Below are positions 1-15,600 of a DNA stretch of 64,000 nt, piece by piece. Both the position numbers and the translations under genes were made by a program. Source of the stretch: Fimbriosthenelais zetlandica (Eukaryota); assembly GCA_977030845.1 (NCBI GenBank), contig OZ365113.1, positions 13,888,001-13,952,000 on the forward strand, written 5' to 3'. The first letter of the stretch is position 1; the number at the start of each line of letters is the position of its first letter. A model generated the notes under the pieces. It made no database searches, was not told the DNA's origin, and saw only the letters and a list, made by a program, of their open reading frames with translations.

Positions 1-3000
1 ACGCACCATCAGAACTTTGCATTTGCCCACTCTATACATGTACATGTTTTACGGACCATATCCCATAATATACAGCACATCGTCAGTGAAATAAACATGT
101 TCATAAGGTGTTAATCGTTATATAAGTGTTTGGTGTTCTATTGTCCTGTCACTTGTCTGCAGCAGAGATTGCAAGTACCCTGGACTAATTGCCTAATGAC
201 ATACATTTTATTACTTTTTCCGACTCAATCACCTTGAAAATGCTCCTCCATATGAGACATTCTAGAACGCATCATATGCCATCATGGCAGAGGGAAACCT
301 GACAAAGGAGAAGGTAAAACAGAGCACTGGAGTCAATTAGGCGAGCTGGGGCTGTCAGAGGGTGTTAGGGTATATGAGATAGTGAGATGTAATTATAGTC
401 ACTAGTGAGAAGTGGAGATGACTGGTAATTATCACATGTGAAGCCATAGGAAGAAGATGACAAAAATATCCCCGAGTGGTAGAAACTATGGTAGGACGAC
501 TTATCAGTGCTTACCAGTCCTGGAAACTAATGACAAGCGCCAAAGTGTCAAATATTTATTTTCTATAATTATGATGTATCATTCCACTTAATATAATATT
601 GCTTTAGTCCAACTGCGATATACCAAAAATAAGTGGCAATTTAATAATCCCTCCACAGAGGAGGAGGAACTATATTTTACGTTTGTGACAACCTCACTCG
701 GGGCTAATGCCCCTCGTGGGATAGATAAAACACCACACACATCATAATTCCACTCATATCTCACCCACTGTATACCCACTGGTAAAATGAAAATAAAATT
801 AAAGATAAATAATTGTGAAACGTATCAGAGTTTTGCTTAGAATGATATTCCAAATATAGTTTCAATTAACCTCATGCAGTTCATTTTACAGCAGTGCGTG
901 TATAAGACGTCTTGAAAATCTAAAAAACAGTAACTTTAATTTGGCTGACAAGAATAATTTTCGCAATGGGCATGCAATATGTAACTGGTATCATATTTCC
1001 ATGACATGTAAGAAGTTTTTGCTTTCATTTATGGGGAGGGCTGTGTCATTAAACTTTTGTTGTATACGATATGGTGAAGTGGTGCTGACTGGCGAGACAC
1101 AGTAGTATGATTCAGGGGGGTATTTAGTATGGCAGGAACAGTTAATGTCATGACATTCACAAACCTACTCTACTCCTGCTGACCTTTATCATTGTCATTA
1201 AGGGCAACTTTGAAAGGGAGTACGTTCCTCTTCTGAACGATGTACGGAGGCAGGTAAAGCTCTTACGAAAGGGAAAAACGCGAAGGAAGAAAAGAAAGGT
1301 ACTGTTTAAGACTAAAAGCATCTCTTTCACAATTGACAGAGGCTCATATATATCATTCTAAATGAAGATATGTTGCTAACATAAACTTTCTTCCACCTTG
1401 GATGTGCATTGATTTCTAATATTTACATGGGTGTGAGAATCGGAGAGGGAAGAGGACCTAATTGTATGCGTGAGTAAAAATGTCAAACGGTTAAAGCTAT
1501 CATGGCAGATTTTAGAACTGTTGACATTAGAACTGAACTGATGAATAAGGCACATTGTTATATTTTGATGCTCTAATATTCTGGCTAAAAATATATTGGA
1601 AGTGAACATGCTTCCTATTCCGCACTTATCCACTATGACCCTGATTTTCTCCAACTCCCTCTCAAAGGATTTCATTAGCCCTGATCACCAGATCTAGTCC
1701 CTCTATGCTAAAGCAGTTCAATGAACATACTGTACCCACAAGGGACTTAATCAGGCTTCAACCAGTTTTTCAATTAGGTTTGTTTGTCAATATCTCTTTG
1801 GAAAGAGGAGATGGGAAACCTTTCTGTGCAGGCAGATTGGTCGTTTGAAGGGTCAATTAGCCCGGCTAGAGGTCAGATAGGCATGAAATGATGCAGAGAA
1901 GGCACTTGACCAATAGAGGTGAGGTTAATGTTCAGATTGAGGGCAATGATGGGCCAGGTATTAAGTGTATACCGGTACTGATAAATATTTTGGAGTCCAA
2001 GAGATTAATGTACGTTTTAACGTTTTACTCCTTGAAATGAACATGACACTTTTATAAGTAATTAAGCAGACTAGAATTGTAAAAAGATCCAGAAATTCTA
2101 TATATAAGCGATTGGGAAAATCCCCAACTGGACCTGAAGTATATACCAAAGTTTTAGCCTTGCCTTGCGAATAGTTAGTTGCTGGATTAGGAGAGAGGTT
2201 GCAGGTCACATTACTCTATCAGCTATCTAATAGGCAGACAATTTGTACTTCGGCCAGAACAATTATCAAGAGCTTATCGAAGTAAATAGGACCTAACTTA
2301 CTGCTGGCGAGGATAAACCAGCAGTATAAGACAATCTTACCAAAGGATTATCAGTCTTTCATTAAACAGTGATTATTTCAATCAATTCTGAAGATATTAT
2401 TTAATGAAATATCTCCAAATATTGAAACATAATTCCATTTTACCCCATCTATTTCAACGATAATAGCTGCCTAATTGTATAGTTAAGTAAATGTTATATG
2501 TTGGATACTGCCTAAAGGCAAACATTTCCTTACGGAGAAAGGCATATTGGAATCACAGACGACTGCTGTGAGCAGTGAATCCCTTGGTTATCAAGACCGT
2601 TTTTAGCGGGACCTTCTTGAGTTCTGCCAGCACTCTTGATCCAAAATGGACATCCCCAGATAATGGTCTCCCCATTTATTTTTTCACACACGGCCCATAG
2701 TAAAACATGAGGGCAGCATCCCCTAAAAGTCTGGAATAAGTAATATATCACATCCGCCCATGGGAGGTCAGGAATGACTGGAGGATGCATTTGCTGCGGC
2801 AAACCAGATGCTCCAAGCAATCCTTTCATTGGTCCCTGTGGTATTATGGCATATGTCTTTACTTACATGCAAGCGCCGAGGTCCATTTCTTCATGTCTTT
2901 TAGCCTTGAAGTGGACAAGACACGATTCGTCCCAAAGAGGACATTCAGCTGGGATCTAGTCCAAGGAACAAATCAAAGTTCAGATGGAGAATTGGTGAAG

Positions 3001-4816
3001 AACCTTTAGAAACTTTTTTCAACGTCTGAGATATTACCAACTCACAAAAACCGTGCCACTGCTCCAAGTGTTGGCTTTTCTTGGTCAATAGCGTGTGGAC
3101 CATTTTCCCAAAAATAGAAGTATATAACCAAGTGTATGTACATTTCTGTTTTTGCTTGTGCAAACTCTTACCCATGTCAATAAATGGACCTAGCCCCAGC
3201 TTGTCAATAACAGCAGTGGGCCTGAGGAGAGCTAGACGAGCTGCAATCCATGAAAACATCTGGGTTGGATCTGTTGCTTTAAAGTGTATTGATTGCAATG
3301 AAGACAAATGTATTACACTTACAAAATGAATCAGTAGAATAAAATTAGATTGACGGCCATAGGTTGTTGCTATTTCATTGTCCTCCCACCAGTCATGGTA
3401 TTACTTACTGGTAGACTATTCATAATAGTCATGCTTCATTACGTTTATGAATACATGTATATGAGATAAAATACATATATCTAAAGTATATATATCTATA
3501 CTCTATAATATCATATATATATGCAGGCCTTGTGTGAACACCATTCATAGGTTAGTAAGGGATGTGGACTTGACAGGAAGAAAACAGGATGGAATCAGCT
3601 TCTGCCCACCAAACATCCATCACACCCTTGTGAATTGCTGGAGGAAGGATCTGGGTCCACCCAGGACTGTCCTGAGAACATCCGGAGAATGAGATCCATG
3701 TGTCTCAATAATGCCTCCAAGCCCAGGGCGCTGCAGGAAGCTCGGCCACCTCTCTGAGCAGCTCATCCGAGCCTCTAACTGCATTAAAGTTGCATCAAGT
3801 CACTGGTGGCTTGTCATGCTTTAATACATTGCAAGACTATCTGGTCATGGCAATGACTGCGGGCGATATATCATAGTGGGATATCATCGATATTGATTCA
3901 CATACATGGTTACAGAAGAGGGGAAGGTGCCTGATTGGTGAATGGATTACTAGCGGAAAAAATGGTCTGTTTTTATTTGGGCCCAGTGTTTTGGCATGAA
4001 CTGATCGCCCAACTACACGGAGGCATGCAGTGGTTTAATAAAAACTGATGCCAAATCATTTACAATATACACTGTACAATCTCTCTTAATATTAATTAAT
4101 TACATTGCTTCTCCAATAACACCTACAAGATCTTTTACTGTTCAACAATTCGGCTATGATTTTGACCTGTTTTTAACAGCTGTCATTAAAAGCAACTCTC
4201 GTCAATGACAGTATTGCCCTGATCACGTGGTAATGCCAGGGTCTCATTTGTCATGTTGACACTGGGTTCTGAATAAGGCGTCGAACCCAATATGACGTCT
4301 GAAATAACGTTATTCTTGACGTTAAATGAAGTGGCTTATATCATAACACGTCAGGAAATCAGAACGACGTGAGGTGTAGCGTGCACCAACGGGTCATCAA
4401 CTACAAGCTCTGCCTTTTGGGCCGAAAAAAAACTGTTTCTGATGACAGAGGTAACAAATCTAATCAGTTCAAATATAAAACTATTTTATAAGGTAATCAG
4501 AATAGGAATAGATGTATTGGATGAAATCATTGTTGAAGTCATGCAGAGAAAAGAACCTCAAGTTAAATACGGCTGGTGTCAGTATTAGTGTAGTAAGTGC
4601 AGTGGTCTTCCCAGTATTTTTCTTGGCCTCTTCCTGCCAGGCCGTCAAATGATGTATAGAAGTAACGTTGACATCTAACCCGGCTATCAATCAACCATCA
4701 ACAAGTTCAAAACATTCACTATACATTCAGGTTAATTGGCACATAGACGCCCTGGTATCCAACCTCAAACAAGAAGAAATTGGGCAGAAGTACTCACTAT
4801 GCACGGTGAAAGTAGT

Positions 4817-4871
4817 TTTGACACAAAATAAGCAAGGCAGATGAATTAGCGTTTGACACAAAATAAGCAAG
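4817..4871 (+). repeat. 20-bp direct repeat with 35-bp period
   Basis: TTTGACACAAAATAAGCAAG at 4817-4836 and 4852-4871. Confidence 0.85.
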
Positions 4872-5339
4872 ACTGAGGGGGAAATTGTGTTAACAGATGT
4901 GGCAGCAAGTTCTGATTCTTATACATGTTAAGCACGTACACGTATATATAATATATTGGGCTTTGGACCAAGTACTATTTGACAACCAGGGAAAAATATT
5001 GAATTCAGGTATATTTTCATTAGAATCTTTCCGCCTGTCCGCTTCTAATCGATGCCCTAACTCGGATCAGTCGGGATAGATTTGCCAATAATCTTATACA
5101 AAAGTCGGTCTTTGAAAAGGACAGCTCATTTTGATGAACCCAGCCACCCTGTAGTCCCTGAGGCTGGAGTAGGGAGTGGACTATGTGATAGATCATTGAT
5201 GAAATGTTGATGTTAGCTCTTGTGTATACAGCACATGCATACACATCATGCTCTCACTCTCCCCAACCACAAACATGAGTTGAAGAAGAGCTGCTCTGCC
5301 TATTTGGGTTTAGGGTGTATGAGCTTCAGGCTGGCCTTG

Positions 5340-5790
5340 GAACTGCAGATTGAAAGTCACGAGGGAGTTCCCAAAAAAGAGCTAGATTCCGTTCAATTTA
5401 CACTGAGATATAATTTATCAAGTACCCTTGCCATAAGATTGCCTCGAAAATCACATAACCACGAACGAAATATCACAGGATCATTGAAAGATATGATAAG
5501 ATGGCTACATCAGAGTCATGGGCACCTTCACCCTCTACAGAAATTTGAGGCAAGGCATTTACAGAAAACGTATTATGCCGACGATTCTGTCTCCTCCTAT
5601 TAAATTTAAAACTTTCACTGTTCCGATTTAAGACAATATGGGACTAAAAGCATTTCACTACAGGATATTATATGGAAAGATTGAGCGGAGGCATTTTCAT
5701 GAGATGCTGAATGTAGTGTCTGTTTTGTTCGCAAGGAGTCAAGAGCTCTTGGCTTACCATCTTTCAAAAGATAACTCCTTAAAAGAAATT
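5340..5790 (+). mobile_element. Possible decayed L1/Tx1-like retrotransposon fragment
   Basis: GVPK-like and YYADDS motifs, then LKAFHYRILYG and, after a frameshift, ECSVC, resembling the zf-RVT region; heavily degenerate. Confidence 0.35.
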
Positions 5791-8700
5791 CAGTTGCTAA
5801 TCTCCTCCCTTTCCTCGAATCTCCAGCCCTCTATTCAATCCTCCACTATTTTGCCAGGGTCTATTTTCAATTTAAAGACAAGGCACAGATTAGAGAATAT
5901 GGCCAGAATAAGAACCGACCCACAGATTTAAATGTCTCATTGTCTTCAACAATTTATCTTACATCGATACTTGGTGAAGTCCTTAGTCAATTGGTGGCAA
6001 ATTGCTTTATATAAAAACAATGTGAATGGAAGAATGGGAGATTCCTAGTGGTAAATACAAGACTACGCTTGTTGGCTTCTGAATGGTAATCTTCAGAGGC
6101 AGTCAAACGGATTTATTTGTGATAACAATCAGGAAGGAGAAATCTTACCTGCTTGACATCGTCCTTGATGATGATGATACAAGGAGCTGGTGCCTATTTA
6201 TTGTTAACACGGGGTTGCACCAATGACGATAATTGGTCTTTATTTTGGTTTTAATTAAAACTGTCACCAAAGATAAAATTTACATCCTTTTCGATTATAT
6301 ATTCAGGAAAGAAAAAAAGAATCAGATTACCGGGATTCTCATTCCACGCTTCTCTGGATGTCAGGTTGCATCATCCAGGATATCCTTGGTAAGTCTGAAA
6401 GAACTGTCAGAAAGATTGACCCATATTTTGTCTATGAAGAACTTGTAGGGATGGACTTACAGCGAAAAACTGAATGCTTAAACCAGAAAAAAAACGAGGC
6501 GTCGACTTGAGGTTAGCTAAAAAAAAATAGGTGATTACCTCAGCCATCAACCTGCTAGAGCTGGGCGACAGACAGGCTTGACACTGGGACCATCTCATCC
6601 TGTTGGGGGGACATCGTACGTCTTGTTGTGAGCCAGACTCTATGTGAGGTGTACTTGCCATGGTTTCACATTGACCGACAATACCCAGTACACCCATCGC
6701 TGAAGGTCATTTGTCAAGAGAAGGGCTCATCAAAATATGTATTAGTGCCTGTAAGGGAGCAGGTACCATGGGAACTGAAGCGGGGCAGGAGAACCTATTA
6801 TTCTATGTTAGAACCCGGTGTTGCACTTTGATATGGATTATAGTTCCCCACACACTCACCGCGATAAATGGGATAATTTAAAATGAAGGAGAAGATAAAA
6901 GACCATCTACCATTTCAGTTTTTGAATGGCTTCCCTTATGCATATATATACTGCACCTATTGGTACATATATACTCCAAACAACATATAAATCGATGTTT
7001 ATTCATGGAGTTGGTCAAAATGAGGGATGTTAGTGTGGCGCAAGGTAAAATAGCCAGACGGGACATGTATTAGGGACTCGGAATAGAGTAAATCCCCTGC
7101 AGACTGTGGGCAAGTAGGTATGAAAACATTCAGATAAGCAAGGGGGCAAAATGCTTAGAAGGCAGCCTTCTGTGTTGGGTTAAGCATGACTAGACTATAC
7201 ATATGTGTGGCAGTCCTCAGGCCCCAAAGGCATTGCATCGTTGGGCATTATATCATAACCTTTTCAATATAGAGATGATTGAGTCCATAATATATTGCCG
7301 ACCAAATCAGATTGCTAGATCTCAGAGTAGTCATCAAACAGGGCGTTAAGGGAGATGGATAAAGAAAGCCAGTTATACACACAGGACAGTTATGTTCCAT
7401 AGAACTCCTTTCTCAGGTCTGCCCCTGTGTGGATGTTCATGAGGACAATGAACTTCCTATGTGCATATTGATGCTTTGACAGACGATATGCTTCCTAGAC
7501 TGATATATTACATATCTATATATGAATTCATGTAATGTATCTCTTCCTGTGCAAGTCTCTCATCACATAGACATGCTGTGAGTGGCAAAGTAACACAATC
7601 CCTAATGATAAGCCCAAGTAAGATTTGAGGCTGTAACTGCAGTCGGACCGAGAGACCAACATTTTCCCAGAGACCTGATTGAGCATGAGAGCATGTCAGT
7701 AATATGGAGGCCGAGCTAATAATCTCACTAATGGATAAGGTTTGTCAGATATAATATGGATGAGACTAGTTAGATCAACATGATTATTGAGGGCTCTCCT
7801 GGTCTCCACACGATAAGGCACCACTGGTGAAAAGCATGGAAAAACAGAACCAAGTAGAGAGGTATTTTGTCATTCCAGTGTTCTACTTATCAAAGGAGTG
7901 TTGTTGGTCTTATCAAAGAAGTCCTCTTGCTACAGATCAGCATGGTCTGAAGAGGGACAGGTGTTTGTCACACAGGCTTTGATCCATTGAAATTTGTTGA
8001 AACAAAGCTTGGATTTCTGTCTAAAATAAAGTAAGATCAACAGAGGACATCCAATGCATTGGTTATCAAGGCATTGTGTCAGAAAGCTTTTTCAGTCCGG
8101 TTTCCTTCCTCTTTCGTAGTTTTCATGTCTTCAAGCTTAAGTTGCAGGAGCTTAAAGGTGACTCAAAAATGTTCTTTTATACTTTTATCCATGAAAATCC
8201 GAATGCCCACATATGAAACATGCTTTAATCAATGGAAAACCTTTTTATCTCCAAATAAGGAATTCAAGCAGCGAAGATTGGCTGTGAAATGGTGGAGGAT
8301 AAAGTTCTTTGGATAAGCTTTGGCCTGAAGTTTTAAAGTTCATCTATACTGCCAAAATAGGTGATGAATTAAATCAGATTCTAGTAAAAGGAAAGTACAG
8401 CTTCAGTCCGAGTATATATATTTTGAGAGTGCACTGTATGCATGAGAGTGTAGATCAAGCATGTCTTGTCCAGCGTGTGATTTAGGAGTAACACAGTGAA
8501 GAAGGACGAGACCTTGCTTGAGGGGCTGCTGACCCACTGTACAATAAAGATGAGGGCCCTGGTTGGAATACAGACTAGGGTGGAATACACAGAGGATGTA
8601 TGGCTATCAACCAGCCCATCCTGTATTGATGAAAGTGTGGGCCTATGTATGAAAAGCATTTGCAGTGAACGTGGACCAATGATTTGGAAGACGTCGGCTA

Positions 8701-11700
8701 CGCAGGGCTCAGGGCTCAGTGCTAAATAAAGGTAACTGGTCTGAAGAGCTTGTGTGTATTAATCATAATCTCAAAATGTTTATTGACCTGATTAACGTTC
8801 TCTGGTGGATAGTTAACTCAAGCTGAAGCACCACGCCACGGTGATCTGTTGGTTCTGCTCCATTATCAGATTAGAAAATGATAAAGGGATAAAAGGGAGA
8901 TAGATCGATGGATACTTCAACAATACATGTCTGGCAAGCCATTATAAACCGGGCTTCAAGTCCTTGTTGTACAGAATCTGATCCACATGATCAAACTTCC
9001 ATATTGTCGTGAAAGGTGTTCAGAGAATTTGTAAAGTGTAAAAATAGATTTCAAAGTACAACTTTGCAGGGTAAATAATTTGCAGCTCAATGGACCCGAC
9101 ACTTACATAGTAGTGTTTGTAAGTGGGAGTTCAGTGGAGCCCACCTTTGACTGAGTGAATGCTGTGTTGGACACCTAATACATTAGACTTTGCTCGTGGC
9201 TAAGTGGGGATTGGTGTCCCTGTGAGCCACCCCTGACCTCCTCCCATCCCATCTTCACCATCTTTAATTCACACAGACAATTAATCCACTCACTATAAGG
9301 GTGTGCTATATCAAGTAAAAGCGGACTTTGTCAAGTATAGGATTGTCTTTGTGATCTCACCTCTGGCCGGAATAGTCACCCGCTTAGCTTATTGTAAATC
9401 TTGACTTTTACCCCAACTCATATTTCAAAATGCATTAGCCGGAAGAAAGTGGATTTATATGCAATGTTTGTAAGGCATTACTTTCCCCTGAGACCCTCTG
9501 CAACCCTCTAGCTTATTCATTCTTAGAAAACAAAATCAAAGGCTCATTTAGGTCATATATCCTAAAGCCATGCACCGCTTCGTTTCCTTCATTCTCCGTG
9601 GATTTGAGTAATGGGATCCCCTACCGGCATTATTTGAAGTAATCTAATTATTTATCTTGCTCGGTGCTCAAGTGTACATCTCTTCATACCAAGTATACGT
9701 ATCTCCCCTATATGTATTTTTAAGCTGAAGAGATTAGCAATGAGACTAAGTTCAAGAAATGTAACATTTTAAGGAAAGATGATAGGCTGATATAGACCTC
9801 GGGACAGTCATCAGGGAACTATATACCTCTCAGCTTTGATCCAATCAATCTGCATGGTGTCTCTGTGTCAGCTGTTCACTTAGTGGGATTCTTTACTGTG
9901 AATCTCTCACTCACACCCATCTGACATTTCAGACCACTGCTTCTTGTACTTGTTCCTGTTTTTTTTTCTCTTCTCCATTCTTCCACATTTTTAACAATTT
10001 AAAAGTTTCCCCCATTATAGCATCGGTTAATGTCTTCTATTTTTTCCACTCGATCTCTCTGTATGAAGTAGCAATTTGCAATGACAAGGCTTTCACCTCT
10101 CTCACCCAGCCTGAACAGACCTCACATTACAGAGAGAGATTTTAAAGTGAGTAATAATATGTTAAAAGGCCATTTGTCTAGACCTTACGAAAGGAGTTCT
10201 CAGCACGTCTATTGTTCCTTTCTAACAAAGCACTTTTTTCATCCACTCCTATTTTGCTGTGATAAACCTATGAAGGACAGCTTTGAGAGGAGGGGTAATA
10301 TCTGAATATCATGATGGTTGCAAATTATGGACTGGATTTTGAATCAATGAATCAATGGGCGGGATATGGTATTTTGTCATTCATGATTCTGGGTGCAGTA
10401 TCGCATATCCAACTTTAAGGCTCCTAGTTCACTTCCCTAAGCTCTCAATGCTACTATAATTATATGATCTTTGAAGATATCTATAGTATTATGATGGTGA
10501 TATTTTCCTTATGGTAACAGTTGCAATCCTGAATCAATGCTAATTAAATTATTATTATTTGAACAATTTTAAGTCTCACAGATCAACGTCTCCTTTTATA
10601 AATCACAACGACAATTTACAACACTTAAAAGCCATTATTAAAAGCCAAATCGGACATGTTCTTTGTCACTAATCAGTGCAGATTTCACTAGTGATTTCCG
10701 CAAACAATATATAATATGGGCTGATTACCGTGTCACGGGTGTGATAACAGGCCATATTAAGATATTTAGAAACGAATTTAATTTTCAAGTCATGTCTTCT
10801 CTTTATGTGAAGCTCGTGAAAGACATTATAACGCAATGACTTATAACGCAATGAAATTATGTCTCTGCATGATATCTTGTCTCCAGGAGTCAGATCTGGG
10901 TAAAAAAAAATCAAAGGAGTATGTTTTCCCCGTGTACTGCCCTTAGAGGTTTCTAGCAGGAAGTGCTGTGCTCTCGGCTGTAGATATAGATAAACCGGCT
11001 AAAATCACTTTGTTTTTTTATCATTTTTGCATCTCTCCCACAAGACTCTGGTCTTTATGCCCGAGGGCATGTTTTTCATATATATGCTCTTGCGTATTTG
11101 CTCCATAAGCAAAACTGTGATTCGATCAAGGGCCTGAGCTGTGTGTTTAGGAAGCCAGGGCAGTTACCCAGCGAGGACAGGGTAGGAACAGATTTTATTT
11201 GACTTATTTTGTTCGTATCTGTCCTGTACATGTATTTTATGTCTACTACATATAATTAACGTTGGATATTTTAATGATCAAACTTTGGATATTCAATAAC
11301 TAATTTAGCGCATGAGAATTGGTTACATTGTTTACAAAATATGACATTAATTATGATAGACTGTTCACCTTATAGAGACCACATCATGCATATTTAACAG
11401 CTCAGGCAGAGGATGAACGACATTAATTAGGACATGCATGTCTGAAAATCATTCATGTACCTCCTAATGAGCCAAAGACTTATCACTTCTTGCAAATAAT
11501 TAATGATAAAAAAGTTCATTATTCACATTATGTGGCAACATTAGTGGCCCACTGGTTTGTTCCAGCTTAACTTTGGACGACCCGGTCTCAACCATAATAA
11601 ATTGCCAATCAGAATGCCTGGGTAACCGACTACTGCCATAGCGATGGCAATAGAAGCAAAGTCGCTATAAATATTTCCATGAAAGACGTTGTGCTATAGA

Positions 11701-12598
11701 AACTAATCTTCCTCTCTCATACAATGTCATGCCAAGATATATGGCATGCCACTTTTTCTTATATCAGAGCCATTTTATCACCCAGGTGGTATTGCAATTT
11801 GGTTCATAGTATTCGATAGATAATAGCCTATAAGCTTAAGCCATACCTCCAACACTGCTGAAGTCAAAACTGTGTCAATAAACCATGGGATATCACATAT
11901 TAGATTCCTCAGTATGGTTAGAACTCTGAGAACAAATCAATTATGGATCTGTTTGGGTAGAGGTTTACAGTTAACTGGAGGTAAATCATGTGTGGAGATG
12001 AGATATTGTCTCCTCTCAATGGGTAACATGGAGCCTCACAGTCGATCGGTACTAAGACCAGAGGATGAATGAACTATTGAATGGAAGCTGCCTATAAATC
12101 TTAAAGAAGGCGTTGGAGAGTCTTCCAGAGTGCATCACACTCTTCTCTATCATCGGTTAGATTTATAGCGACTGACATGTATTTCAGAGGTATAGGGTAA
12201 CACTGCATCTAAAAGGGTACGACCTTGAAAGGGGTGAATGTATGAGTGAATGGATAATGATTTGACGCCATGCCGACTAGTAAGTCTATATTCCACTTAG
12301 AAATTAACCATTCACCATAAAATACATCTGTGAGATTAACAGTGCGAACGAAGACTATCGAGTCAAAATTCATGGCCGCTCTACCAGAAAAAAAGTTCCT
12401 TCGAAGGAAGAAATGGGTCTGAAAGGTATATGGACAAAATAACGTCCATACCATGCAGAGGAATGGCTTTCTAGCCTGAGAACATTGAGTAAATTACCTT
12501 TGATGACTTAGGTTTGTGGCAGTTACATCTATGAGGCATTGGGTTCTGAAGCACGTGAAAGTGCAGGTCAGTGATGGGGGTCCTGAGGGGTGTCCGTT

Positions 12599-12616
12599 GG
12601 GGGGGGGGGGGGGGGG
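12599..12616 (+). repeat. Poly-G tract (18 nt)
   Basis: Uninterrupted G run preceded by GGGGG and GGGG tracts. Confidence 0.9.
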
Positions 12617-15600
12617 CTGGAGCAGCATTTCGATTCTTCAATAAGGGTACTGTGAAAGATTTTCAATCATTCACCACTACTCTGGACACGTGGACAGACA
12701 TACTTAATACAGCTGGCTTCAAGAAAAGAATAAAATCAAATCAAGCATAGATGTTTTAGCAAGTTTTGCAGTGGTAGGGAGTGCCTCCCTGCTAGCTGCT
12801 TCCGTTCAGATATAGTGAAGCCGTCACATTACAGTGTCTGATCATATGCTTCAAAAGACAGAAGCATTGTGGTCCATCACTCAAAACAGGCCTTCCGGGA
12901 GGGATAGGGCTCCTCAGAGTCCAACTTATTGCCCTGCGAGGCCATTCTGAGGGCACTAGAGGGGCCTCATCTGGTGTCATCTTTACTGCTTCTAACGCCA
13001 GACCATGACCCTGGCTTCTTTGTTCATTTGGCTTTAGCAAGAATCACTGCTGATCTGACTTATTTTGATGCATCCAAACAGGATCCCAATTGGATTTATT
13101 GGACAATTCATATATAGACCCCTAATATTAAATTTCTTTCTGAACCGAGCAATGTTAGTAATAACAAATGTTAATTTAGAAGTCTACCATACTTTGGCAA
13201 ACATGCAGGACATGCAACTGAAGAAATGGACACCTGAGTCAAATGGGGCGTCACAATGAATTCTTAAACAAACATTTCTGTCTTGGCAAGGATTCTAATC
13301 ACTGTTGAACAAGTCTATACAACAAATATAATTTTCAAATGGCTTCATCTTTCATTTGGCTTTTGAGCAAATTAATATTTGCCTCAGAAGAGAATTGGTT
13401 CTATATAGGCTATTGCCGGACAGAGCTCGAGGAAAATCCCATCCTGGGAGAGTGAGAAGTCTGGATATTAGCATGTAATTACTGGAAAGATTGGGGACGA
13501 TGAGAAGAATCGATGGAGACAGAAGTCTGGAGGGGTGTCTTTTTTGTCTCTATGTGGTGTATTTGGCAGAAGAAGAGGACGAAGATGATGTAGGATTTGG
13601 ATGCAGGGGAGAGTGAGGAGGAGGAAGGATGCTGGACGCTGGAGAGATTTTGTCTTGGATATGAGACGGCAGAGATTGTTCTTGACACATGCCTCTTCCT
13701 TGATGTATATATAGCTTTTCACTTCTCTGTGAATTTGCTGCATTCCCTCTTCTTTCATGTAGCTCTCCTTTTCCTCTTCAATCCTCCCTTTCTACCCTTC
13801 TTCCAGTATACCATCTTTTATTCTCAACCCTTCTCCCATTATCCTATTCTGCTCTTTCTATCTTGAAAGCCACTTTGGTTGCACCTTCATTCGCCTCCCT
13901 TTTCCCTATCCTACTCCATTCCATTGAAACCTCAAATTCTTCCCTCTCATGGACTCCCCTCATCCTCCTCTCTCTGGTATGCTGATTGGTGTGGTGAACC
14001 ATGAAGAATCTGCATGGATCCATCATTTTGTTCTCACTCAGGGACCTAGCTGATTCATTTAGATGTATCTGATGCCAACTTCCCAAAGTCTAGAAGTGGC
14101 AAGTCGTCTCCAAGTTAATTTGATAAGGCTGGATAGTATTTTTTACATTCGATTTTTTTCTATGTATGGAATCTCTTTTACCTGTAGGAATCAGAAAATA
14201 AAATCCAGAAATCCCTTTCGTATAAAAATAGAATACAGGCTTAGCTTCATAGTATAGTCTCTTAGGATGACATATAAGATACTTTATATTCAGGGACAGG
14301 GTTCTATAAATCTCATGTTATAGGATTAAAGGGATTCTAGCAGAAAATGTATATGGTTGAAGTTGTCACCTCGAGGCATCTGCTTTATTTCCTGGCTCCA
14401 ATGGATTCAGGCATGTCAGGTTATCAACTTAAAAAGTATATGGCAGGCAGCAGTAGACACTGTGGGCCGACTGTGGCCAGTGAAGTACCACCTCAAATAT
14501 AGCTACTCAAGTTCAACTGACCTGCTCTCACGCCAAGTCGCCAATCGACTGACTGAACTCGCCAAGAAGACAAAGCTCAGGTGAAAGTTCATACCCTGTG
14601 TTCAATCAAAAAAAGATAACTGCCAGTATTTTGATAAGATATACTCACTTTGATCTGGATGAAAAGGGCTGGCACCAGTGCCTGAGCAGACAGAGCTGAC
14701 TGTACCGACTATGCAGGGTACAAATGTTCTCTTTGGTCATCAATAAGCCTACCATAGGGTTCACACCGAGGGGACCATGCACCTTCAGGCAGTGCCAGAC
14801 TGCTGAGGATACCATTATAAATTTGACCAGGAGACACGACAGAAATCTCCCATAGATACACATGCATTTTATCTGATCTGCTGCAGATCCCACCAGAGCA
14901 GACTAAAGTCAGTCCTGAGCAGGCTGACCTCAGACACATATTATGATGAGAGAACATCCGAAAAGCCACATTGGATCTCAGCTTTACTGTTAGATGTTGG
15001 AGATACATATATATGTGCTTTCTTGCGGATGCTGATCTGTTATGGCCTTCCCAAAAGGTCAAATTAGGTGATATTGTTAGAATTAAGAAATATTAATTAA
15101 ACCTTGTATACTTCAAACACCATGACATTTAAACAGAACTTACCCAAATGGATTTGACATTCACACAATCCATTACAATTTTAATGCAAATCCACATTAA
15201 GTTAAGCTATTTATTATGTCATTTTGAAGAGCCAAGAAGAATTATTGCATGTTCGTATTTATAAACATACAGTCCAGATTCTCTGCGACATTCATAATTG
15301 GAACACAACTAAAAGACATGTTAATACCCCCAAGAATCTCCCGATTGCGTAATGTGATCACTTAGTATGGGAGGAGCCGTCCTAGGCTGCTGTAAAATTA
15401 AATAAAATAAGTTGTAACTCCCAATATTCTATTATCTAATATCCGACAACGTAAGACTGGCTTGTCAGAGTATGTACAGAATCGCATTTTTTGATGTATT
15501 TCATATGCCCTGATATCTGTTGATTCTCTCCTCACTCTTCATTATATCTCACACATGTATGTGCGTGCCATTTGTCATTTTAATATGACAGAATAATCAT

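Noticed and set aside
588-3330. Several 60-120 aa minus-strand ORFs with Cys/His patterns (CLHCNQY, CCPH, PPVIPDLPW) suggestive of KDZ transposase or Gypsy integrase
   Set aside because: Motifs are isolated, in different frames, and do not line up in the order or spacing of either family.
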